DNA of 64,000 bases from Catajapyx aquilonaris (Eukaryota), in contig KZ537988.1 of assembly GCA_000934665.2 (NCBI GenBank), positions 1-64,000 on the forward strand. Direction: 5' to 3'. Every line of letters begins with the position of its first letter. The first letter of the stretch is position 1. Of this stretch, positions 37,901 through 52,259 are shown piece by piece. The position numbers were made by a program, and so were the translations under genes. Below the pieces are notes generated by a model. The model worked only from the letters and a program-made list of their open reading frames with translations. It was not told the DNA's origin and did not search any database.

Positions 37901-40900
37901 CAAACGCCCGGAAAACAGCGCACTTTACATTTTCCCTCCCTTAATCTCAACACACGTGAGTTAACTGACAGCAATAATTTCCCACCGCATTTCTACATCC
38001 AATTGCACAATTTTATATCCGCCTGTTGGCAACGCAACGGTCCAGTCCAACCATTCGGATGACAACTCCTCGGCTTACTGAGCCTCAGGTCGCAACCCCA
38101 CAGGACCCAGAACTTTTTCGCCGTACTTAGCAACTCCTTATCAAAACACCGAGTAGCTCTTTTTTTTTAATAAAAAAAAAAAGGTTGCAGCCCTTCCTAG
38201 CCGGCCCCATAAATTCCAACCGACATCTCCATCCAAGCGATCGCGAGGCTCCAGTCCATCTGATCGGCTAACCAATCATCACCTCTCGCCTGCCTAAGTG
38301 CAGTGATAATGATTTTATAGCAATCATAAAAAGGCGGCCGCCCTCTTCGGTAGACGCGGGCAGGTAGTCGTCGGATCCCCGTAGTTTTTTTATTACTCGC
38401 CCTAGTCATATTGGGAGAAGGGTAAGAGGTGGGGGGCTGGAAAATGTTATTGGATAATCTGCCAAGCTTTTGCTTTATGGCGGACCACACCCTGGTCTTT
38501 CAGGCTTCGCCGCCACTTGACAGCCAGCCCCCCGGCATCCCCCTCCATTTTTAATATATATATAAAAAAAGTTTCATTTCACTTTTAACGCTAGTTGCGC
38601 TCTCCCGGCTCCTGCTTTATTGTCACCTAAAGGATAAAAGTGAACCTCAGCTGGAAAAGTGCAACAACTAGATAAAATTCGGTCGGGTGCAGGTTCCCTG
38701 CAGCTGATACGACCTTTTAAACATGTTGAAACCATGGAACTTTAAAAAAAAAAGTATTGGCTTGTCACATTCGGAGACCCGCATTTTTATATAATACACT
38801 CAGTATGGTGGTGGCATGTCCCTTGTACTTCCTGGAATTCTACATTTTGGTAATTTTAAAAAATATATCCCCCGGACCGCGTCGCATGCAAGTGTCTGCC
38901 ATATCGAAGTGGGAAATTGCCCCGCTTCCCTACAGATGGCCTCAACAGTCCTCGCCCAAACAAATGCAAAGAAAGAAAGAAAAAAAAATCCAAAAAATAA
39001 AATATAGCGCTTTAACTCCCACAAGCACCATCAGCACTTATGAAACCGAAAGTTTGGGCACGGATCCGAACATACTGCGCTAAAATTTTCGCGCCTCCTG
39101 CTTACTTATCCCCAGTTTATTGTCTCGCCCTAAAAATACACACTTTTGCAACACCTTCTTCCTAACCCACGAACATTCCGTAAAATACGACCCGGGGCCC
39201 AGCAGCCATTGAAAAGTAGCGAGAGCGGACAGGAAAAAATAAACACTGGCCAGAATCTCCCGCTAATCCAGATTGCAGCCACCATTTGTTTTTCACAATA
39301 TCGCGTGCTGCTCCTGCCTCTGCCTTATTTGCACAACCAAAAATTATGCCAATAGGGCTGCATTTTTGAATAAAAAGGGGCTATTCAATTGTAGGGGCTG
39401 CCACATTTGTTTTTCAGAGCTGCAAACAATAATCAGGAATATTTGATACTGAAAATTACTTAAAACCACGCATTCTTGATTTTAATTAGGGGCTACCCCC
39501 CGTTTTTGCTCCGTTTTGCTAACTATCACGCCACGTACCCTCCCCCTCCATAATAATTCCACCGTTTTCAAACCGCTCCATGCCTGTTTTTCTTGCCCCG
39601 ATATTTCCATTATTCTGTACTGCAGCCTTACATCCACACAAAAAACGACGCCAATAATATTCCCGCCCCACCAAAAAAACATGGCTCCTCGTTTTAGTCC
39701 CCCTTCCATTTTGGTGTTTCCCTGATTCCGCCAATATAGAGCAGTCCCCATTCACGCCATCTCCGCCATGTCCCCCCCTCAGTCCATTCCAACAAATCGA
39801 AGCATGAAGAGGCCGTATATACAAAGTGAGGGAGAAAAACCTGGCAGGAATCTAGCAGCGCATAAATCTCCCCCACCTCTCCCCCGCCCCCACAACCCCA
39901 AGCCTCCATGTATAGGGAGGGTTTAGTTTCCATCCTTGACGCCTCCACTGTCAGAATTTTTCACAGCCACTGCATCAAGTTTTATTCTCTGGAGGACTCG
40001 GGCTGGAATTCCCCAAATCTCTTTTTAAGGAGCTTGGAGAAGCATAACGTTGACAGGGTGTAGTGTGGAGACGCGACCGATAGTGCAACAATGCGGGAGT
40101 GACTATTTTATTAGTTTCGTGCCCGCAATGAGTCCAAAACTTTGCTCCTAAGGGCAGTGTCCTCATCAGTCCCTCTTCGCATCTGGCCCGAAACGAGAAA
40201 CACGGCCATTATGTTTACGACCGACCATTTGGCCAACATGTTTGCCTTTTAAAATAAACCCCTTTCCCTATCCCCTTCCACTAACCTCCTTGTAAGTAGG
40301 TAAACATTGGCGATTAAGAGCGTGCCCTGTTACAAAACACTATTAACGGAGCAGGGAACGGGGAGGAATTGCTCCCCCTCCTAAAAAAAAAAAAACTCAG
40401 CTATAACTGTAGAAATGTAGATTTTCACATCAAGGCGCAATAATCCGGTGCCAATGGAACCGAAATAAAAGTTGGCGCATACGATGAATGCCTATCTCGG
40501 GAAATAAAAAAACGGGGGAGCGAAAAAGGGGGGAACAACTCGGTTACAGCCGAACTAAACGTCATCGCTCCAGTGAGAGTGTTTTTGTCGTTTTGTGTCA
40601 ACTGATATTTGAGTCCGTCAACGAAATTTGGCCTCCTGACGGCAATGTGGAAGGGGGGGCGGGAGGGTTTTCAACGACTGTCCTGACAGCAATTTCATCC
40701 CCAACACGCATCATCGAAAGCTAATTTTCGACTGTTTCCCCAACATGTTACGGACTCTTTAATCCAAGCCGGACGAAGCCAAAGCTTGACACTCACCTTG
40801 GACTTTTATCCGGAAAATTGTTACATGATTAGGAGCATTACAATTTTTCCCGCGTGCCGCAGAGAATAAACGCGGCCAATCACGGTAGTCTGACGTTAGT

Positions 40901-42117
40901 CCTGCGCTGATCCTCCTATTTTGTATCAGCGAAAATGCAAATATAATGCGAGGGGGGCTGGGGTAAGAGGAAAAATGAAATGCAACGTGAAATCCGCCGG
41001 CGTAAGTTGCTATAGTTCCCCCGGCCCAGCACGGGGTCGAATGAAAAAATTCGGCCATAATTTCTGGAAGGTAAATCGTTCTTCAATTTCGCACCTACAA
41101 GTCAATAACAGATCAAGCTGGAAGGTGCAATACCGCATTTACTTTTCCAGTCACAATCTGGTGCAAAAAATTAACGCCGAAATTTTAATATGCACGTATA
41201 TTACACATGAAACGAATTATGGCGGCAATGATATGAGCAAATCAGCTTGCTAATATCTGCCATATAAAGGTGTGACAAGTTGCGATCACCCCTGACTTGA
41301 ACTGCGTTATAAGGTCGGTCTCCGCTCGATCCGCATACCCGTCCCACCGCCCGGCGGCCAGCGTGGCCTCACTTCCCGCCAACGCCGCGAAGAATTCCCC
41401 GTACATTTCCCGCTCGGCCACCGACCCTTTTCCGCCCGCAAATCTCACACCAGCCTATGTCCCAAAATTCGCACAATTTAAATTCAAATTCACTCGCAAA
41501 GACACACCGCTTGTGCAAAGGTGTCTTGCCTTTGCCCCCCCCCCCTCCCGAATTGCAAAAGGCCTCCTGGGAAGGTCTACTTCCGCACTCCGGAACCTAT
41601 AATATTTTCCACAGGAGCACTTCATAAACGTCAGAGAAGGCACATAAGGAAGGTGCTTTTATACAGACTGTAATCGCCCCCATAATGGCCAATTTGCACC
41701 CAGACGATAAAAGCCCTAAAGACCTTTGCAAGGGTGGAGCCAAGGGTGAAGCCTTGGCAGAAGCCTCCCGGATTTTTGGGAGGGCATCAAGAGGATTACG
41801 ATCTTCTTTTGTCCCCGCATGAGCCACCACACGTGTGCAGACACCCTCGTCTGACTTGCATGCAGCAACGTGCTGAGATGAGATGCGGACAATGCCAGTG
41901 ATGTCGGACACATGCGCCATTTTTATTCCTCGCGTCATGCAGCACCCATCTGTATCCATGTAACTACCAGCGCGGCGGTATATAATTATTTGAAAAATCC
42001 TTTCAATTTGCCGCGGGTTATTTTGCGCCATATTTTATCCGGCTCAGGAAGACACGCCGCCACGAAATTGATTGAACCAATATTTTTCCCTAAGACCACA
42101 AAATTACCATTGTTTTG

Positions 42118-42216
42118 TAATCTGCCCTAATCTACAACATCAGGATGTAATAAATTAATCCGCAATTAAAGGATGGCGGCGCTATAATCATACTTCAGAA
42201 AATCAAAATTGCGCAA
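42118..42216. promoter_or_regulatory. Homeodomain (Otx/Pitx K50-type) site cluster
   Basis: TAATCT (42118, 42128), TAATCC (42156) and TAATCA (42185), all on the + strand, plus extra ATTA/TAAT cores and TTGCGCAA (42209-42216). Confidence 0.35.
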
Positions 42217-45200
42217 TTACATTCCTTCTCATCAATTTCCAGTCGAAGATCAATTTCCCAAAACTGCACCACAAAACAATTGTGCGACAGAAAACCGGTC
42301 GCTTTTAAGCCCTGAACCGATCAAAATAATGATACCACTCTCCCCGTTTTTCCCCACCAAATGACGAGATATACGCCCTAAAAGTTTGATAAAAATCGCC
42401 CATATACATTTTCACCTATCTTCCCCTAATACACCGTATAACCACTCGCATCCACTTTGTCGACATCCACCTGTCACAAACTCCTAATGCCTAGCCCTAT
42501 CATCAAAAACGGAGGGACACCCAAGCGTACATCCTGCATGTCCGCAACCGGCCGGACCAACCCCGTTACAAAATATGGGCGTGAAGGCAAGACTGGATGA
42601 TGGGGAGAAAAAAACTGCTGAAATAGGCTACTACGTACTACACCATTTCCTGCCTAGGACATCCTGGCGCACTCTATTTGACCCGAAACATACGGTTCCT
42701 ACCCGGCACAAGATGGAAGCTCTAAAGTCCAAAACGGCGCCACAAGAACTGCAGTGGCGGTTGTCATTGCGATCCGAAACCGGTGATAACCCTGGACAAC
42801 GGGTGGCCAAAGTACTTTTTATGCCGGCTCTGGAACGCGGCTTTTTGGACCGCCCCCCCTCGGGTGACAGTGCAACATCCGCATGAATTCCTTTGCCACC
42901 TCCCCAACAATTGCTCATTAACCCAGCACCGAGCATAAGTCTTGGGGGTCCGGCTCAAAATTGATCCGTCCCCAGGTCAGACCACCAAATTCCTTAAAGT
43001 AATGAAATCAGAACCACCACTTTTTTTCGTCGGTCTATAACCGCATATCTGCCCAATGAATTTTTCTAATCACGGTAAAGGTCCGACCACGTGACGTCAA
43101 TCCATCTTCAGGCCATTCACGCACACTTTCGTTCAAAAAAATGCAATCGAATGCTCTCTTGCTCGCCTGGTCGCAGCGTCGCAAGAGAGAATTACGGAAG
43201 AGGCCGTGGAAATACCTGTTGTCCCCGAAACATAGGCCACGATTTAATGCTCGCTGCCTTAGCGTCGCCTGGAATGCCCACAAAGTACGAAATGTGACGT
43301 GTAAGGGCCCCGGAGGACGACTACCGAAGGCATCTCGCAGCAACCTTGCGGTCTGGAAACACCGACCAAGAAGTTTCACTACATTACCACCGACTCCCGG
43401 AGTTTCTCGTCCTCGCTGCGCCTACCATGCCATTACAACTAACCTCCGCCAAGGCAACCGGAAGTTATTCTCCTTCCCAACCGTAAACAATTTTCCCTCA
43501 CTGGGCGATTAGCATCATGTAAGTAAATGCCCGGCTCATGAAATTAGGTTTCCTGCCTACATTCCCAACTCCGGAAATTACCTCATATGTGCAAGGCTTG
43601 CCCATCCATCAATCTGGGGCTGGCAACAATGGTGACTTCCCACAATCAGGGAGGATTATTTTTCTGCCAACAACGCGCGTATACCGAGCAACCTCTGTTT
43701 GACCCGATGTCCACCGACTGTATTTCCACCTGTCAACCTGCTGCCAACAAAAACTCAACGATCAACCCTACCTACACACATTTCATGCACCAGACACCGA
43801 ATAAATAGTAAAAAATTGCATCTATCAGGCAATCAAAACACATTGACGACTCCGCATTATAATCGGCCCACAAATGTATTTTAAACAGGCGCATTCCTTT
43901 TCCCCAACCTCAACTCGCCGGCGATCTCTCAACCCATCCAAAACACAAAAGACGTTTAGATTCAAACGATAATCCCCCATCTTCTCCCCCTCTCTTTCAC
44001 GGGGCTCCGAAGTGGATGGACCCGCCCTTGGCCCCGCCAGAAAGAAAAAGAAGAGAAAAGAAAACCACCCTGCAGCATCTCCATAGCCGGCATGCAAATG
44101 GGATACCACAGCCCATGAGGGATGACCGTGGAACAAGTGGTCGCCCTTGTAAAAGTCGACGAGATTCCCCCCCGCCATCACTACTACCTCTCTTCGGGCA
44201 CACCAGAGAAACCAGCACCAGCAATCATGGCGGTGGACTGCTGGTAGAAACCTGAATGCCTGCAGCAGCCGCCATCAAGTATACCGGCCAGCAACCAATG
44301 TTTATTTCCAAAAAGGAGACCTACATCAGCGAAAACCTCATAACGTATTCAGACTGACGTCGCACTGGGCAAAAAATGTCAACAATGTAACTACTAATTA
44401 AATGCGGATTCTGGCAGTGTCCTACATACATATTTACATCTGCATTTTTTAAGGTTGCCCGCACTCGGATTTGGGTCGCATTGGCTGATATTTCTGTAAT
44501 AATGTGACACAAATGCAAGCACCGTCTCTCGATTCGACAAGGTTGCCTTGGCGACCAGTCCTATATGTGTTTTAGACCCCGCGCTGCCCTACATCTTTAA
44601 ATTGTTAATTCCTGTGCCGAAACTTCATGTATAAGTCAAACCTCAGAGGTAGAAAATGTTGCCCTGCCCCTGCATTCTGCATTGCGTTAAAATTAACAAT
44701 AAAACCATGACCTAGAACGCAAATAACCCATTACGTCCTACCAGTGACATTTTCGCCAAGACCCCCCCGGATACCCGGGCCATTTTGTAATATTTCTTCG
44801 GCCGCTCGGAGGCGCCACCGGGCATGGGCAATGGCGGGCCGGTGACCCCCAGCAGCATGCATCCGCCATGGAGCAGTGCCAATGAGAAGAGGGGCCAGGC
44901 GCACAATGCTTGCTGCTGGAGTCCCCCAGAGCGCTTCGCACACTTCGCACTCCATTATTCCGAATCAATTACTGTACCAACACTTGGCTACGAGCGCTCT
45001 AATCTGTTTACTTCCCATTGAAATCTGAAGCGGTGTAAGGGCACCCGCGTCAATGTCAATGCAAAGCGCCGCTGCCCTCCATAGCCCCAGCCCATTTCCC
45101 AGACCGCACCTGATTTTCACAGCTATCAATAAGCCCCGGGGGGAAAAAAACTCGCTCCTTTTCCTAGCTATTCTATCTACGCAAACTATTGTGCGTGTTG

Positions 45201-45691
45201 CCAGCGTAGCTAGAGGTCAATTATAATTAACGCCCTTGCTGATATCTACCGATATCAACACACCTCTCCTTCCAAGTGCACCCGGATTAACAGTTTATCT
45301 CATTTACCCAGAGTGACGTCCGTGACATGTTATTTGCTTGCTAACAACATGCCCAGTGGCGTACAGAGGGGGAGAGGGAAGTGACAACCTCGGCAAAACG
45401 GGTCAAAATATGCGTTTAAATTGACGTCTGGAGGGTGATAAACTGCCCCCAAAAAATATTCCCAGGGTATCCTGGTATAACAGCAGTAAAAATAGCAACT
45501 GTACTCTCCAATAAACACCGACTCCACCCACAATTACCCTATATGACCCGTACACCAAAAAAAGGAAATTCCGCGTGACAGTTGGAAGCAGCGGGAGACA
45601 GGAGGTGACCCCCCGCGAGAGAAGAGGTCATAAAGTCATAAACTTCGGATTGGTTTCCCTCCGGGGCAGTCACAGTCCTCTCTCCCAGGAG

Positions 45692-45740
45692 GGGGTGTTA
45701 CAGGTGGCCCCGACACGACACCTAGGTGTTCTCACACCTG
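45692..45740. promoter_or_regulatory. Candidate T-box (Brachyury-type) binding cluster
   Basis: ACACCTAGGTGT (45718-45729) is the core of the Brachyury palindromic site. A perfect half-site TCACACCT follows (45732-45739), and a variant half-site GGGTGTTA lies at 45693-45700. Confidence 0.4.
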
Positions 45741-48700
45741 CTAGCAACGTCAGAAACAGGCGTACAAAAAATATATACACCTCCCATTCCAGACGGTACA
45801 ACTAAATGGGGGTCTTACTTAATGGCAGTCCGGGGGTCATAAGATTGATAAGATGTACTGAAGGATGGAATTGGCCTGTCACATGCTCTTCCTCCCCCCT
45901 AACTTCGACTTGGTGATAGATTGCCCACTGTGCAATTGGAAACCGAACCGGAATCCAGTTACAATTTGAGTTACCGGTTGCAATCACCAAAGCCGGTGTA
46001 CAAAGGAGTTTCAGGATAATACCAAAAAAAAAGGCGTAGTTGCCTAATTTTGCACACCTGAACAACAAAATATGCGCCCATTCAACTTCATCTATCCAGT
46101 AAATACTGTGCATTGTTGCGGTACCCACATGTGGCCTCAGTGCGCAATTGCACCCGGCTGAAAAGGGACACTGCTCACATCCAATTGCCGGTTCAGCCGC
46201 GTGAATAAATTTTGCAGCCTGCAAACGAAATGCGGTTTTCTAAAGCTAACGTCAGACGTCCGAAGGGAGTGAATAATTGATTCTACAACAGAAGAGTTTG
46301 CTGCCCGATGGATCCAAACCCGGATTATTCACTCGAGAGATTTGCATTGTAAGAGACGAGTATTGACCGGGTTTTCAGCTCCGGGCTCAGGCACAAGTGC
46401 ACGTTGGGTATCTTTTGTACTTTTACGTGTTTGGGGGAGGGGGGCTGACAACAATATTCAATGGCCAGGGTTGGCTGTGATTCTGCAGGATGTTAAGTCC
46501 AGGTCCATAACCACGGGCGAAAACAAGCCACGATATTCACTCCCCAAATTGTTTATGAGGTTTAATTGGCGTTCAAGCTACACCGGGCTTTTAAAAAATT
46601 GGCATAATAATGATTCCCGTCCGTCATGGGGAAGTTCCTGGTAAAAAATCATGCTAAAATGGGGAACGCGCTTTTTCTGCATAATATGGGGCCCTCCAAT
46701 ACCCTGTTATTATATTTACAAGAACTGACATTCTTGTTGGTATAATGCCTCTCCCGTGTTGTTTAATGACTTCGATTCTTCGAACTAATTTATCATCAAA
46801 TCTGCGTTTTTTTTAGCGATATGTTGTTCAAGAATGTTGGACATCTTTCCGTATCACAAATGGAAAACCGGCTTCCTCCGTGCCTCAAGTAATGAGTGGC
46901 GCTTTTAAAATTAAAAGTGAGGTGTCATATTATTCTACAAAACTGTGCTATGTACAGGGTGCTCCACTACCACAGTCCACAATCAACGAGGAAGGTACTG
47001 GATGTTTACTCGCACCAGTTTAATGACCAAAAAGCCAAAAAGAAAGAGCAACAATTTAAACTTGTTGTTCCCCTTCCCTCCTCTTTGACTGTATATCTGG
47101 GCAGTCCATATAATGTCCTAATAATGTCACTAGCATGGCTTATAAAACTTCGCCCAACCATTAAAACAAATGTCGTCGTGCATCATTCCAGAACTTAATC
47201 TCAGATCCATGAACTAGCTCCAGAATAACCGAGGGCAATGAATGCACTAGTCATCTCGTCGCAAAAAAATATATATGAAAATTCCCAGGAGACAGCAGTC
47301 ACTCAAGAAGTCACGACTTACCGCCTAGTTTACAATGCAATCCTTTCATTTCATGCTGCTCGACGCCGTGTAAAATACTGTAACTAGTAGATTCCAACAC
47401 CCGATAATGCAACCCTTCCGGTTTCAGTATCCACAGTACATCTCACTGAACGGATTAGTCTCAGCCAATAACAATGGCCAGATTTCAAAACCGATCTCCG
47501 TATTGGTCTTGCATAACCATGGTTTGTTGGCATTAAATGAGAGCAAGACGACAAAGAGTAAGAAGGATCTGTGCGAGGAAGTGTGTCGAATTGACAGCAG
47601 CTGGGGGGATGGGAAATGGGGAGTGACAGCCACGAGCACTGAGAGAAGAGATGATGGGATGAATTCTTTTAAGCGCAACAGCGTAATAGTCCAAGCGTTT
47701 AAAATCGTTGGCTGAAAGTCAATGCGCATTTTGCTTGTAGAAGGCAACATGGGAAAAGGCGGCATAGGAGGATTTCCATCCCACCCACTCTCCTTCTTCT
47801 TTCCTTATTGTGGAAAAAAACGTGGGGGGAGCTTAACTGGATTGGGAGCATGCACAAATCGACCCCGAGACGTTGCGGGTGTCCTGACAACACTTCCACT
47901 GACGTCACCCATGGCTGCTGGCAAAAATCTGCATCTCTTCTCCAGGATGAAGTTGCTTATATCCCACCACGCGTTCGACGAGGTCGCTTCCAAGTTTTGT
48001 TAAGACACAAACCACATGCACCACCAGTTCCCAGATTAAAAAATAAATAAATGTTAGGTGACCACTTCCCGTCGAGCACGGGTCCAAAGGCTGATCCGGA
48101 AGGTTGGGGGTCCAACTTGGGAGGCCATTTATCCAGCCCGGATGCTGCTCCACATTTACTCCTCTTCCGGAGAGAGAGAAAAAAAGGCTAAATTCAGCCC
48201 CCCTACCCACCCACCCTGCGCCATGTTTGATGGAAACAAAGTTGGCCCCATTAATCTGGAGAGCGAGGGTTCCCAGTCTACCACAAGAGTACAGCGAACT
48301 GGGGAGCGAATGATAAATTTATTTGATGTCCAGTGTTGCTGGGCCTAATGGGCCCTGTCTTCATGGCTTAATATTCCAAATAAATCTTTTGGCCCAAGTG
48401 CACTTGAGAGTTGAGACCTCAACGTAAATAAAACGTTTCATTCGAGGGGACCCCAAATTACAATTTATGCCCTCACACCAGACCACAGGGCGCATTTAGG
48501 CCAGCATGCGAAAAGGCCCCGGCTTGCCATCAATGGCCGCTATTGTAACTATTCTGATATGTGTTCCGATTGGGGATCCCAACTTTGCCGGTTAGTATTT
48601 TTAAACGCCTTGACCACATCATCCTGGGCATTGGCACCAGCCGTCACCCAAAAGGCAGGCGCCGAGGCAAACAAGTCCAAATGGCCAGCCCTCCTAACAG

Positions 48701-49449
48701 CCATCATGGGAACCCCTCGGTTATGACAGATTTGGCTTTTCCTCCTCCTCGTCTCTCTCGGACAGCTAGTTCTGGAAAACGGGCTGGGGAGCATAGAAGT
48801 AACCAAGAAAAAAAAACGCAAGCAAAAAAAAAAAGAGAGGCTGAGGAGAGAGGAGAAAAACTCGTTACTGGGGCCCTCGTCCGGGGCTGTCTAATAACTG
48901 CATGTCCCGCGTATACGGAACACGCCTTTGGCTAAATTATCCTCATCTGTCAAAATGACGGATTTCGCCAACGGCCTCTTACAATGGTAAAAACAACATG
49001 CATAATGTATACAAAGTAGGTCGTTTTCCTTCCATGCGCTTCTTTGGATCAAAGTGGAGAGAAGTGGGGGTGGGAAGGGAGAAGGGGGGCGACCAGGAGG
49101 GAAGGCTTTTCGGGATGGAAAAGGAAAAGGAGGAGGCAAACGAACTTGAGACAGGGATGCTGCAACTTGGAACCTGAGGCAAGGAAGAGGAGGAGGAGGA
49201 ACCCCCCCCCCCCCCCCCCAGAAAAGTCTTTTTCCCTCCTCCAACCCAACCGACACAAATGGAACCCTTCCAGGATTCCTCCGGCCGTAAACTTGCCAAC
49301 GTGAAAGATGGACGAGTAAGCCCGTGAGGTGTTGGAGTAGTCCTCCTCCAAAACCTATCCGGCCAAGAGGCTGCAACAAAACGGAAAATCTTGCCAAACT
49401 TCCCCCCACTGTGTGTCGGTATTGCCCAACCATTGCTAGATCTTCCACA

Positions 49450-49487
49450 TGACGTCATAAGCGGCTACTGTCCAAGTAGTGACGTCA
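49450..49487. promoter_or_regulatory. Paired perfect CRE (CREB/ATF) palindromes, starts 30 bp apart
   Basis: TGACGTCA at 49450-49457 and 49480-49487. Function is inferred. Confidence 0.5.
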
Positions 49488-52245
49488 CATGCCGATCAGT
49501 GTTCCATCTCCCAGCAACATGCCCTTATCGCACATCAAAGACTTCTCCCAGCCTTATCGTACTCTCAGTCGAAACATGCGTACAACAATGTTAACTTTCG
49601 AGGGGCCTCTCAGATAATTTTCGCTCTCATACCTGAAGCTCATCAAGCGACCTTGACGCATCTTTCCATTTCATCCAAATTCCCGGATGCTGCCTTACAT
49701 AACGAAGCTTCAGGCACTTTTTCGCAACTCGAGCTTATTATGTTTAGGTGTGGAAACCTCCAACGTCAAGAGCTTCTCTGTGATTTGTTATAATGTGCGG
49801 CTTTGAGGTCTTGCGCCGGAGAGAAATTTCCTACATACATTACCTATCAACAATGGCCGTTTTCCACCGGTCCGTTCGGATTTTTTTTTCCCCTCACCAG
49901 CCATTACTCCCAAGGTTGTGCTGAATAAAGGGGGGAAAAAAAACTTTTGCAACGTTTGGGGGCGCTGCGGCCTTGAAATTTATGGATAAGAACAGTGGCC
50001 ACACACAGCCTTTTATGCAGTACATGACGCACCTCGGCGAAGAAAGTAGGCGACCTGAGTACAGGACCATTCGGTTCCCGAGTTATACATTCAAGCGACA
50101 TGTTTTTTCTCCCGAAGCAGGGGCCCCAGCCTGTTCGACAACGTGATTGGGATTTTTGGCCACAATAACAACCACCCACAAGGTCGACGTCACCGTGGCA
50201 AAAACAAACAATATTGGTTCACTGTTTCCATCAAGCAGGCTGACCTCACAACGTCCAATTGTTCCATGGCCTAAGACAAAAGAGGCGCACTTGAGAAATT
50301 CCCTAATAATGCAAACGGCAAACTGGCATCCTTTATTGTGCCATTGGCCCCGCTTCAGCGCCCAAGAAATATCTGGAAGTCACTCTCAACTATTTTACAA
50401 ACACCATTGTTCTAAGAATTTAAGACCGACATTAACCTCCTCGTATCAGGCCGACAAAGTTGCCGTTCAACATTTACACCCGGCAGTATTCAGGTCGGGA
50501 CAGATAATGCGCTAGTCATGTAACAGCAATCCGGTTGTCTAAGTATGAATTAGCATTAAAAACATTACGGTAAGCTACAACATAGATTTGAACATGCAAA
50601 GCCACTACTTGCCGCAAACGAACTGTCACACAGACGAAGCTGTGATGGTTCACTGAAATGACGTTTTTTTTGCTGTTTGTTTGGTTCAGCGTCCAGATAA
50701 CCCCTAACAACCTCACGATATTATGAAATCGCATCGTTTGAGCGGTGAAAATGCCTTAGAATCGCAGCAATATAATTTGACGCAAAAACTTGTCAGACAG
50801 CTACACTACCCACTGCTAAACCGCAATTTCACACCAATTACCCATACAACAGCTGCTTATGCACTTATAAAGTAATGCAATTATATAGCTGCAGTGTAAT
50901 ACTCATTGAGCGGCAGTTCAGTGGGTGTACCGCTGTCCGTCATCATCCGGAATGACCAGCCTGAACTTTGTGCCTTGCCGTCATTATCGGGATCCCGTTT
51001 CGAATTTCAGCAAAATGAGACTAACAAGGCCATTTGAATGTGGCGTAAGCATGACCAACAAGAGCTTTAAAGAGCTCTAAGTGGAAATCCACTCTCCAGT
51101 AGACCTGGATTTTCCAGTCGGCCTGTCCTCTTCCACCTACTAGACTAGGTCTATGGACTCTATCAGAACAGGTACGAGGATCCTCGCAGCAGGGCAAAAG
51201 TACCGTTCTCCACCCACTTCTCAGCCAGCTCAACCCTTTACAAGCACGCAACAAAAGTTCTATTTTTGCACAATTAAATTATGCCTGCAATATTTACACA
51301 GCTCATCCGGGGCAAGGCCGCTTCTGGTTTCACATCTTGTGCATGAAAACAACCCAGTTGACACCAGAATTTACACTCCCGGCCATAAATGAAGCTCCTC
51401 ACGACCGATTTTTTCCGCCTCCCTGATCTTGAAATTGGCAAATTCTGTATTCCGCCCGCTGGAGTTTGCCTATGCAAGCAGAACCCTTGGAGGAAGGTCC
51501 ACCATCTTCCGGAACACCCCTCCCCCCTTCATTCCCTAGCCTCGATTTACATGCGACGCTCCACGAGATCTCCCAGCAGCCGGAACGATGCTCCTCTTTT
51601 GCACGGAAGGAGATTGATGATTGGGGGGCGCTGGCAGCCATATACTATAAGTTACATACTACGCCTTCTGCGGGAGAGGAGCAAGGCAGCTAAGCAACAG
51701 CTACACAAGCAATTCCTTGCTCCGAGGCAACTTCCCCGAGACCCTTTTTTGAAGGCCAATTGGCTCCAGGGGAGGAAGAAGAGATGGAGAGAGAATTGCT
51801 GATGTCACCCGCGGACTGCTTTGTTTAATTCATTGTCTTTGCTTTCTGAGAGTTCATGGGTTGGACATCAATCTCCCAAGGGACTGACTGAAACACTGAA
51901 TAGACCTGCAGCTATGTATTGGCTCTGGCGTCACTGACACAAATGAGCTCATCCGTGGTCCCCCCAACTTGCTGGAACGGGTCGCCTTGATCGTCTAAAT
52001 AAGTCAGTCTGCAGCCATGAGCCACATGGTATTGTACTAAGCAACATTGTAGCAACACAAAAATTGACCGAATATTTTTTCTGGTGCCATCGGTGCCACC
52101 CACCCACACACACTATCACATTTGGCCTGCTCTGGAAATCCGTACCATTTGGAAGCCTCGTCCACATTCTCTGGCAGAATAATCCGGGTGCGAAAATGGG
52201 AACTCGAAAATGCCGAGAGGTGGTAAGCTCCAGGAGGAGGATCCG

Positions 52246-52259
52246 NNNNNNNNNNNNNN
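52246..52259. other. Assembly gap (14 N) next to a poly-C run
   Basis: Run of N. Single Ns also occur at 19745, 54572 and 63123, each in or beside a homopolymer or G-rich run. Confidence 0.95.
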
